A DNA stretch of 64,000 nucleotides, from NCBI RefSeq assembly GCF_009914755.1, contig NC_060931.1, one strand, 5' to 3'. Positions 45,750-64,000 of the stretch are shown piece after piece (position 1 is the first letter of the stretch; each line of letters opens with the position of its first letter). The notes below the pieces were generated by a model. That model was given only the letters and a program-made list of their open reading frames with translations, was not told the DNA's origin and did no database searches. Both the position numbers and the translations under genes were made by a program. The stretch comes from the human T2T-CHM13v2.0 reference genome, Homo sapiens.

Positions 45750-46475
45750 GCGTGTGCCACCAAGCCCTGCTAATTTTTGTATTTTTAGTAGGGATGGGGT
45801 TTCACCATGTTGGCCAGGCTGGTTATGAACTCCTGACCTCAAGTGATCCGCCCGCCAAGGCCTCCCAAAGTGCTGGGATTACAGGAGTGAGCCACCGCAC
45901 CTGGCCCCGGCCCCAACTCTTTATTTTAATAAAGTTAAAAAGTAATGCAATGGCAAGTGCAGTGGCTCACACCTGTAATCCGAGCACTTTGTGAAGTCAA
46001 GGCAGGAGGATCGCCAAAATCCAGAAGTTCAAGACCAGCTTGGACAACAAAGTGAGACCCTGTGTCTACAAAAAATTTTTTTAATTAACCAGGTGTGGTG
46101 GAGCACACCTGTGTAGTCCCAGCTACTTGGGAGGCTGAGAAGGGAGCGTCACTTGAGCCCAGGAGTTTGAGGCTGCAGGGAGCTATCTTGGTGCCACTAC
46201 ACTCTAGCCTGGGTGATAGAGCAAGACCCTGTCTCTGAAAAACAACAAAAATAAAAATAAATTTAAAAGAATAGTGCAGTGAGCACCCACATAACCTAGA
46301 GATTCACCAATTGTTGACATCTTGCCATGTTCGTTTACATGCTCTCTCTTTCTCCATGTATCTATTTTTTTTATGCACACACTTTTTTTTGTTGCCAACT
46401 TTGGAAAGTAAGTTGCAGACAAAATAAATACTTCATCTCTAAATACTTCGGTATGTATGTTGGAAAAAAATTTAA

Positions 46476-47752
<1,277 letters not shown>

Positions 47753-49721
47753 AGTAATGCCATGGCATCATTTATTATATTCGCATGTTCCAGTTATAAC
47801 TTTTTTCAACAGAATCCGATCAACACTCACATTTTGCACCTGGCTTTTGTGTCTCTTTAGTCTCTTTTAATCTAAAACAGTCTTTTTTTCATTACATTGA
47901 TCTTTTCGCACAATTCAGGAGTTTCTTGTAGAATGTCCCCTATGCGTTCCCTCCTGGTGTCATTTACTCTTTCCTTTATTACCGTATTTCCTGTTACTTG
48001 AAAGATAAGGCTGGAGCCTGATTAAACATTTTTGGCCTGAGGAGACTTTCATTTTTCACCTGGTTTCCTGGCTAGACTGTAAGCTCCATGAGGGCAGTGT
48101 CATCCTGATATGCTCCAGTGCTGGCAATATTTGTCAAAGAAATTAACCCTGGAACAAAGGGAGCAAACACACCTCCTGCTTGTCTTGTCTGGGTGTTATC
48201 ATGTCCACTCAGCCTGTGAATGTCCTGGCTAAGGAAGTGCACCCTGCAGGGTGAAGTGGGACATGGAGGTATCCAGTGAACATGTGCTGGTTTGGTTAAG
48301 GAAGTGCCTGCCAGTCTACTGTGATAGGATTGGTAATTGAGTGGGACTGATGGGTGGCCCAGAAGTCACAGCTCGGGGTCAGGGGTCCACTGTTGAAAGA
48401 ACCCTCAATCACAGCATAGCAAGGAATGCCAAGCAGCACCCAGACACCTGCCTGCTCCCCCTGCCTTGGTGGCAGGAACCCTCATTTTTAGCTGGACACT
48501 TCGCTGACCAGGAGAACAGACTCCCTCTCCAGATGCTTCTGCAGCTCTGTGCGGCCACTGCCTGTGGCCAAGCAGTGGGATATCGAAGGATGTCTCCTTA
48601 GAGGGTGGGATGTGCCCCCTCTGAGCTGCTTTTCCTTCCTGCTGCTGGAATGTGGATGTGCCGCTCAGCACTGACCTCCAAGTAGACACCAAATGCTGGG
48701 AGTGTTGGAGGGAAAAGACAAGGGCCTGGGTTCCAGTGCTTGTGCAGCCATAACGCTGGCCTGGGCTGAGACTGAAGGAAGAGAAATAGGTGTCTGCGCT
48801 GTTTGAGCCTGTGTTGTTGGGGTTTTCTGCCTCAAAGCCAAACCTCATCCTGATGGAAGCCGCACAGGATCACAGAGCCTTGGAGGTGAAGCAGAAGGAT
48901 TCTTAGGGCTCCTCGCTCCTGGTCCCTAAGTCAACCTGCTCTTCCAGTTTCTCTTTGCAGAGAGATCTGGATCACGGCCTGCTCTTTTGTGTTTTCCCTT
49001 GGCATTTTTCCCAACTGTCCCCACAAAAGCCCAAAGTGAGAACAGAAAGACCATCCTCATCAGCAGTGGAGTTAGCCAGGATGCCCAGGCCATCACCTCA
49101 TAATGAAGTGTCACATTCAACCTTCAGTTGCTTGCAACCTGCAGGGAAATGCTGCTTCTGTATAGTAAATACACACTTATGGTAAAAACGAACAAACCAA
49201 AAATCAAATAAAAATTTAAAATAGGCCAGGCAAGGTGGCTCACGCCTTTAATCCCAGCACTTAGGAGGCTGAGGCAGGAGGATTGCTTGAACCCAGGAAG
49301 TGAAAACATAGTGAGACCTCATCTCTATAACAACAACAACAAAACAAATGGGCTGGGCGTGGTGGCTCACACCTGTAATCCCAGCACTTTGGGAGGCTGA
49401 GGCAGGCAGATTACCTGAGGTTGGGAGTTCAAGACCAGCCTGGCCAACATGGTGAAACCCCGTCTCTACTAAAAATACAAAAATTAGCCGGGCGTGGTGG
49501 CACACGCCTGCAATCCCAGCTACTCGGGAGACTGAGGCAGGAGAATTACTTAAGCCTGGGAGATGGAGATTGCTATGAGCCAAGATTATGCCACTGTACT
49601 CTAGCCTGGCCAACAGAGCAAGACTCTGTCTCAAAAAAAAAAAAATTAAAACTTAGCTAGCTGTGTGCGGTGGCTCATGTCTGTTATCCCAGTACTTTGG
49701 GAGGCCGAGGCAGGCAGATCA

Positions 49722-51000
<1,279 letters not shown>

Positions 51001-51107
51001 GTGCTCTAGAAAATAAAGACAGTTTTGGCCGGGCATGGTGGCTCAAGCCTGTAATCCCGGCACTCTGGAAGGCCGAAGCAGGCGGATCACCTGAGGTCAG
51101 AAGTTCA

Positions 51108-51305
<198 letters not shown>

Positions 51306-51340
51306 TCAAAAAAAAAAAGACAGTTTTTAAAATTAGCATC

Positions 51341-51871
51341 TGTATTAGTCAGGGTTCTCTAGAGGGACAGAACTAATAGGATAGATGTATATATGAAAGG
51401 CAGTTTATTAAGGAGTATTGACTCACATGATCACAAGGTGAAGTCCCACAATAGGCCATCTGCAAGCTGAGGAGCAAAGAAGACAGTCCGAGTCTCAAAA
51501 CTCAAAAGTATGTAACCTGACAGTGCAGCCTTCAGTCTGTGGCCTAAGGCCTGAGAGCCCCTGACAAACCACTGGTATAAGTCCAAGAGTCCAAAAGCCA
51601 AAGATGTTTGAGGGCAGGAAACATCCAGCATGGGAGAAAGATGAAGGAGGGAAGACTCAGCAAGTCTGCTCTTCCCACCTTCTTCTGCCTGCTTTATTCT
51701 AGCCACACTGGCAGCTGATTACATGGTACCCATGCAGATTGAGGGTGGGTCTGCCTCTCCCAGTCCACTGACTCAAATATTAATCTCCTTTGGCAACACC
51801 CTCACAGACACACCCAGGAATAATTGCATCCTTCCATCCAATCAAGTTGGCACTCAACATTAACCATCGCA
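51341..51871 (-). mobile_element. Full-length solo MLT2A (probably MLT2A2) ERVL LTR
   Basis: tgtattagtcagggttctctagagggacagaac...ttaaccatcgca with 5-bp TSD gcatc on both sides. Confidence 0.88.
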
Positions 51872-51929
51872 GCATCTTACATATTATTTGTAAATACCAA
51901 ATAACATCCATAATTATTTTTATTGATTA

Positions 51930-52229
<300 letters not shown>

Positions 52230-52301
52230 TCAAAAACAGGCCAGGCGCAGAGGCTCACACCTGTAACCCTAGCACTTTGGGAGGCTGAGGCAGGCGGATC
52301 A

Positions 52302-52853
<552 letters not shown>

Positions 52854-53848
52854 TTAGTTCCTGCCCATTTTCTAAGCGTGAGTCTCCTGGCTTCCCACTG
52901 TATTTGTGAGTTATGAGAGAGAGCCTTCCAACAAATTCCTTTTTGGTCTAATTTAGCTAGAGTTGATTTCTGTTGATTACAACCAAAATTTTTTATTGGT
53001 ACAGAACCCTGCATCTTTTTTTATTTTTATTTATGTATTTATTTATTTTTGAGATGGAATCTCACTCTGTCCCTCAGGCTGAAGTGCAGCGGCATCATCT
53101 CGGCTTACTGCAACCTCCGCCTCCCAGGTTCAAGCCATTCTCCTGCCTCAGCCTCCCGAGTAGATGGGATTACAGGTATGTGCCACCATGCCCAGCTAAT
53201 TTTTGCATTTTTAGTAGAGACAGGGTTTCACCATGTTGGCCAGGCTGGTCTCAAACTCCTGACCTCAGATGATCTGCCCATCTCGGCCTCCCAAAGTGCT
53301 GGGATTACAGGCATGAGCCACTGTACCCAGCCCCTACATCTTTTAAAAGGACACATGGATTCCAATTCTGGTCATGACAGAGTGACTGATTGGAAACTTG
53401 CCCTCCTGTCAACACTGGACTTTGGAAACAACAGCTTTCAGCCACTAGTCAGCCGGAGCTGTGGTCTCTGGGAGAGGCAAGGGCTTGGGGCAGGCCCCAC
53501 ATTCCCTCTGGCCTCAGTCAAGCACAGTGCTGAGAGGTGGAACCCAGACAGCGGGGACCTCATGGGGCCAAGGAAAGGCTGTGGCCAGGGCTCCCAGACA
53601 GTTGGGACTTGGGGGACAGGGTCCCAGAGCCAAGAGGGCTGCAGAGAAGCACCACTAGCCCTGGGTGGTGGTTCCTCTTGGGTCTTCAGCTGCACCTCAG
53701 GTTGCACGTGTGTGGGATGCAGGCCCAACTTCAGACAGGCGATTCTGGCAGTCACATAGGACTCTCTCTCAGAAGGGCTGGGCTCAGGTTAAGCTCTGCC
53801 ATTGCTGTTGTGAAATTCTTCATAACACTTGAACAAGTGAGGTCTTGG

Positions 53849-53965
53849 GAGAGGTGCCACAGCCCTGGGGAGAAGTGCCATTGCACCAGGGTGAGGTGGC
53901 ACAGCCCAGGCAGCCCCAGAGAGATGTGGCACAGCACCAGGAGAGGTTGGCACACCAACCCAGCC
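53849..53965. repeat. Degenerate ~21-bp repeat, about 5 copies (gagaggtggcacagcaccag)
   Basis: Read directly. Confidence 0.7.
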
Positions 53966-54278
53966 AGGGAAAAGGCCTTTGAACACTTTGGAGTGAGGAC
54001 CACATCCAGCAATCTCAGGAGAAACGGGGTCTCTTTCCCAATATTTTCAGCACAAGTCCTGAGAAGTTTCACCTAGTCAAGATTTGGGGTTTGTGCCCAT
54101 CCTGAACCGAACACCAAAGTTTTTACAGGCCAAAGCCAAGTGACTGCTCCATTCTGGAGCTGGAAATGAGGTCAGCTCCACCCAGACCACATACACCGGG
54201 CACGGGGTTCTCTAAAGGGAATTAAGGTATTGTTAGCAAAAACAGAGAGCAGTGCTGCCGATCTGTCAGAAGGCATAG

Positions 54279-54539
<261 letters not shown>

Positions 54540-55611
54540 TAGCCAGGATGGTCTCGATCTCCTGACCTCGTGATCCGCCCGCCTTGGCCTCCCAAAGTGC
54601 TGGGAGATGTGAGCCACCACACCTGGCACCCTGTGTTTTTTTACACACCCCTACCCTGAGTCTCAGAGCAGGATTGGCACTTCGGAGAGGGGCGCCCCCT
54701 CTCTCAGCCTGCCGGCACCAGGCTTTGGAGGAAGCAGGAAGGTGTACCCAGGCTCATACATATCCACTGAATGAACAGAGGTTTGAAATGTGAAAACAAA
54801 TTGTACAGCAGGACACCCCTTCCCTCCCAGCCTGACCAGGCCACTCACACTGACTGTCTCGGAGGGATGCTTTCTGGTTAACTGGCTGGAGTAGGGTTAT
54901 TTCCCCTAATCACTGTTTTGTTGTGGGATGGGGTTTGGGGGATTCATCTATGGCATCCCTGCTGTGAGTCTCCATTGGCAGTTGGATAGGACTAAGGAGG
55001 GAAGGGACCCATGGAGATTTCCACTGCAATCAGAAGAGAGAGACCTTTTAGGGAATGGGGAACCTCAGGTTTCGCTTTACCCCAAGTCAGAGAAGAGTTA
55101 CATTCAGCACCTCTGGGAGAGGTGTGAGCCATGGCCCAGTGTGTTCTCCCAGCCAAGAATCAATGATGATTCAGCTGAGGGCCTTGCTGGACAGGGCTGA
55201 TGGTAGCTGGGAGACCAACACAATGAGCCCAGCCCAAGGTAAGGAAAGGAAAGGGAGACATTTGTTGAGTTTGAATCTTGTCTCAGGAACTTGTCTTGAG
55301 CTCCAGTGAAACAGCAGGTAACATAGAACTTCGCCTGTCAAACACCAATAAATGAATCAAATGAAGCAGTGAGGGCAGATGGCAGAGGGGTCCAAGCAGG
55401 GAGAGCAACTGCTAGAGGCCAGGAGGCAACTGCTACCGCTTTGCAGCCCCAGCCTTTCGGGAATAGCCAGGCCTGAAGGACACCCCCAAGAGCCAGGGCG
55501 CCTCTCTGGAATTCCAAGTAAGGCTTAGACAGGGTTCTTGGTTCTGAATTGGGTCTCACCAGATGATATGCTGGCCCAACTTGTCCCAACCACCCAGAAA
55601 CACACTCATAA

Positions 55612-55860
<249 letters not shown>

Positions 55861-56249
55861 TAGCAGAGACAGGGCTTCATCATGTTAGCCAGGATGGTCT
55901 TCATCTCCTGACCTTGTGATCTGACTGCCTCCGCTTCCCAAAGTGCTTTAATCACAGGTGTGAGCCACTGTGCCCAGCCATATCAGCTCTGCTTTTCTAA
56001 GGATCATGCCCATTGTAGATCAGTGAGTATCCTCATAGAGGCAGTGCCTTCTCACTGCATCCACACATGGCAAACAGGCAAACAGGCTCCCCCCTTTTCA
56101 TGCATGTTGTACACTCTTTGCACTGCATCCTGTTAAATATTTCTCATGGCCAATGTCTCTCTGAGAATGTAGGCCATCTCTGGATCTGCTTCTATTGACT
56201 GTTGCCTCTCTGAATGATGGATCACATTATCTTGTTTTTTGGGGTGTCT

Positions 56250-56889
<640 letters not shown>

Positions 56890-57770
56890 CTAGTCTTCAG
56901 GGAGCTGGGTCTGGACTTTGCTGTGGAATTCAGTTCACCAAAGGCTTCACATTATTTGAGGGCAGACACCTTCCTTTATTGGTTTGGCATCTCCGTGTTT
57001 GCAGGGTTTGTTGCAGTCAGCCCTGTGCACCTGCACCCTAGCAGGGTAGCCTGCTGCTGCTCTCCCTTCCCTCTCCAATGAGAGATGGCTGCTGCCTGGC
57101 AATCAGTGCAACCCCTGGGAACACCTGTGGTGTTTCTCACACTGCTCCTTGCTTGCAGAATGTACTCACCCTGACAGGCCTCAGTTCTCTTGTCACAGCC
57201 CCCATGGTGGCCAGTGTAGGACATGTCCAGCAAGTTCCCACTAGAACTCTGGCTCTGCCCCCAGGTCTCACTCATGCCCCTCCCCAGGGGCACTCTCAGG
57301 CTCTCACTGCAAGGCCCCTTGTGTTAGGAGGGCTCCTCTCAGCACTCCTTCTCCACCTTCAGACTCCAGCATCTGTACCTCACGTAGGCTTCTTCGGTCT
57401 CTGGACTGGCCTCCACTCTCCCCCTTGAGCAGTGGGCGATGGCTCTTGGGAAAGAGTGGGTGAGTGGGTACAAACTCTCTTGCATCTGGTGCACCTAGAG
57501 GTTGACTGCAGTGGCAAGGCCAACGTCCTGGGTGTGAGTGTGCAGCTGCACAGACCCCATGCTCAGAAGGGCTTCGTGTTTGGTTTAATGCTTTGCTGTT
57601 ACAGTCTTGAAATTCAATTCTTGTTAATTTTTGGATGAGGAGCCCCACATTTCATTTTGCTCTGGCCCTGGGCAGAGGGTTCATCTTCAGCTGCCGCTGT
57701 TTTCCCTCCTGCTTCATCCTCACCTCCTGCAATTCTGCCTTTGGCATCAGAAGCCAAGATGATCACCTCA

Positions 57771-58458
<688 letters not shown>

Positions 58459-58542
58459 TCACGCCATTCTCCTGCTCAGCCTCCCGAGTAGCTGGGACTA
58501 CAGGCACCCGCCACCACGCCTGGCTAATTTTTTGTATTTTTA

Positions 58543-59524
<982 letters not shown>

Positions 59525-60234
59525 TCAAAAAACAAAACAAAACTAAATAAAAAAACCCAATGACCATTAATAACAGCAACTAACACTTTCTAGGATTCTG
59601 TGTTTACTAACTGAAGACTTATTTCTGGGGTTTTTTGTTTTTGATATTGTGGCCCTTCCTGTTAGGGAAATTCCCCACCTTCTGAGCTCAAGTGGAAGGC
59701 AAAGTCTGAAGACCTTAGACACCGAGGCCTGAAGGCACAGGCGGAGATTAAGGGCTCAACCCAGCAGGTGCATCCTCCCCGCCCCCAACTTCAACTTTAG
59801 CATCGCCCCAGAGGGGTGCTTCAGGGCTGGGTCCACTGAAGAGTTGGTAGAGTCCTCCTCAGGCCCATGCTGGGCTCTGTTTGTGCCAGCTCCCCAGGTG
59901 CCCAAGGACTCTCCAGTCACTCCCTTCCCTCCTGAGTGAGGTCATAAGTGCATCAGACATCCACCCATTGTCTACACAACAGGCTTCTCTCTTGCCTTCT
60001 TCCTTACTATCAGGACCTTGAGTGGTGTGGGCAGCCACAGGCCCAATCAAAATACAGTTGACCCTTAGCCGGGCATGCTGGCTGCACCTGTAGTCTCAGC
60101 TACTCAGGAGGCTCAGGCAGGATTGCTTGAGCCCAGCAGCTCAAGGCTATAATGTACTACGATTGTGTCTGTGAATAGCCACTGTACTCCAGCCTAGGCA
60201 ACATAGCAAGACCCTATCTCTAAAAAGAAAAATA

Positions 60235-60458
60235 CAGTTGACCTTTGAACAACATGGACGTTAGGGATGCTGATACTCTTTACAGTCAAAAATCCACATA
60301 TAACCTTTGACTCCTCAAAAAGCCTATTTAGGCCAGGTGCGGTGGCTCACACCTGTAATCCCAACACTTTGGGAGGCTGAGGGCAGATCACTTGAGGTCA
60401 AGAGTTTGAGATCAGCCTGGCCAACATGGTGAAACACCATGTCGTTCAAGGTCAACTG
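60235..60458. mobile_element. Tigger2/MER8-like DNA transposon relic with both TIRs, interior replaced by an Alu arm
   Basis: ta-cagttgacctttgaac ... gttcaaggtcaactg-ta inverted termini with TA flanks. Confidence 0.7.
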
Positions 60459-60953
60459 TAGTTATCTTCCTGGATGCTTATAGCCAAGAGTGGAAGCTGC
60501 CGAGTGGGGCTCCTGGGAAACTTTTGAAACAGGACAGATGGTGGTGGCTCCTCCCTCAACTTTTGCCCTTCTTCCTTCTTTCCTGGTTTTCCTGTCCAAT
60601 CCCAGGCACCTGTTGTTGCAGTTTTGTGTCCTGTGGCTTTCCTATGTAGAAAGACTATTCAGGGGTTATTATATGTTAACAACTGATATTTAATTCATTA
60701 AAGCTACAATTTTAATTAAAGCAATTTTTTTTTGTAGAGATGGGAGGGGTCTCACTATGTTGCCCAGACTGGTCTCAAACTCCTGGGCTCAAGCAGTCCT
60801 CCCACCTTGGCTTCCCAAAGTGCGAGGTTATGGGTGTGAGCCACTGTGCCCAGCCTAAACTACAATTTTGTTTTTTATTATTTTATTTTAAAAACATCAG
60901 GTTAGTAAAAAATAAACTATAATTTTAAAACCTACTTCTTTCCTGGGTTTTAA

Positions 60954-61355
<402 letters not shown>

Positions 61356-61442
61356 TAACAATGTAATAAATTTGATTTCCAATTAAAGTATGTAATTGTC
61401 CAAATTAACAAAGAAAACCTCCCTGACTATTAAATAACTCTA

Positions 61443-61856
<414 letters not shown>

Positions 61857-61882
61857 TCAGGAGATCGAGACCATCCTGGCTA

Positions 61883-62293
<411 letters not shown>

Positions 62294-63437
62294 TTAAAAA
62301 TCACAAGTCTCAGTCAACTTTTGCCCACATATGTGCTTACTGGGCGGGAACAGGGAGTTGCTAAATACGAGCACAGGTTTCTTTTGGAGTGAAAGAAAAT
62401 TTCTATTACTAGATTGTGATGTTTGCGCAATTCTGAATTTACTAAAAATTATTAAATTGTATGCTTAAAACAAGTGAATTTGAGGGTGTGTAAACAACAC
62501 CTCAACAAAGCTGTTGAAAATGGATACATAAACCAAAGTGAGAAAAAAACTACTATATGTTTTAATTAAAATTAAATAACTATCCCTTTTTAAATGGAAC
62601 TATAGGTTGTTGCTGTAAAAAAACAAATTCACTTAAGTATTACAACTCCTGAACGCATGCCTGAGGTATGCAACACACCTGCCTATGTGTGTGACAGCTA
62701 GACTCTGGCCTGGCTGTGGACAGTGTCCTTTTGGCTGCCCCGGGTGCCTGCCATAGAAAGACCTCTATGCTTGAGGACAGCACAGACCTGTTTTCCTTCC
62801 ACTCACTGTTCTTTCTCCATGCCCTCCCTGGGTGGAATGTGCGGGTCTCTTTTGCTTCTTCTTCTAAACGCTTTTATATTTGATGAAATCCTCATTTATA
62901 TTAATATAAATGTCTTTTCTGGGCCAGGTGCTGCGACTCACACCTGTAATCTCAACAGTTTGGGAAGCCGAGGCAAGAAGATTACTTGAGCCCGGGAGTT
63001 TGAGACCAGCCTGACAACATAGCAAATAAAATTCTTTTTAAAAAATTAACTGGTGTAGTGGTACATGCCTGTGGTCCTGGCTGCTCAGGAGGCTGAGGTG
63101 GGAGGATCAACACTGCACTCCAGCCTGGGCAACAGGGTAAGACCCTGTTTCAAAAAGAAAAAAAATAAAGATTAATGTCTCTGACCATTTCTGTGCTTGA
63201 CAGGCATTTAGGAATCTTTCATATACTTCAGGGCCTGCATAACTCTTAGGGCTAATAATGTGATACCTATTTGAATTTGTTATTCCACATTGCTTTTCTG
63301 ACTTCTGATCACCACTTAGTAGGTCCATTCTACTAAGAGCACCTTTGAGTTGCTCTTTGCCTCTGGATTTTTTATTGTATGAGACAAATAAACTCCTGTC
63401 TAAGCCAGTACTGATGAAGTTTTCTACTGCTTGCTAG

Positions 63438-63748
<311 letters not shown>

Positions 63749-64000
63749 TGACTGAGAACTTGGTTTAGAATCATCTGAGAATTTGAGTCATGGGAAAGGA
63801 TGAGGTTCATCTTGGAGGGTATGTAAGGAAACAAAACAAGATCAAATGCTTAATTCTGACAGAGGAGAAATTTGTGAAAAAGCTAAAGGGGAAATGGTAA
63901 AGGAAACATGAGAGAAAAGTCAAAGCCATCAAGGAAAGGAAGCTTTCCAATCAAGGAGGTGATGAAACCTGTCTGATGCAGGCAGTGTCAGACCTGCAAA

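Noticed and set aside
62620-62900. Possible LTR fragment or regulatory patch near the window end
   Set aside because: I could not identify termini, TSDs or a family with confidence.

Overview
Primate, almost certainly human, genomic DNA. It is very Alu-dense and contains one complete protein-coding gene on the + strand, ZMIZ2 (Zimp7, SP-RING/MIZ zinc-finger co-activator). I traced 18 coding exons with GT-AG boundaries (ATG 28794 to TGA 40169). They sum to 2763 nt, or 920 aa. The gene has a CpG-island promoter and first exon at ~20.85-22.1 kb and a 3' UTR to ~42.4 kb. The flanks (1-20.6 kb and 42.6-64 kb) are almost entirely Alu, decayed L1, solo LTRs and DNA-transposon relics, and nearly all supplied ORFs there are Alu artefacts. 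I see no wholly new biological system. The strongest lead is an exon-1 ATG (21477) whose outcome depends on splicing. Joined to the usual exon 2 it opens an in-frame uORF that stops 15 nt before the main ATG. Joined to a 100-nt cassette exon (28317-28416) it gives a continuous 956-aa isoform with an Arg-rich N-terminus. Other leads are a perfect Oct MORE palindrome and an E-box cluster at the promoter, a recent 361-bp Alu-Alu recombination duplication ~2 kb upstream, and only non-canonical poly(A) signals. Repeat subfamily names come from my memory of consensus sequences, and repeat boundaries are approximate.
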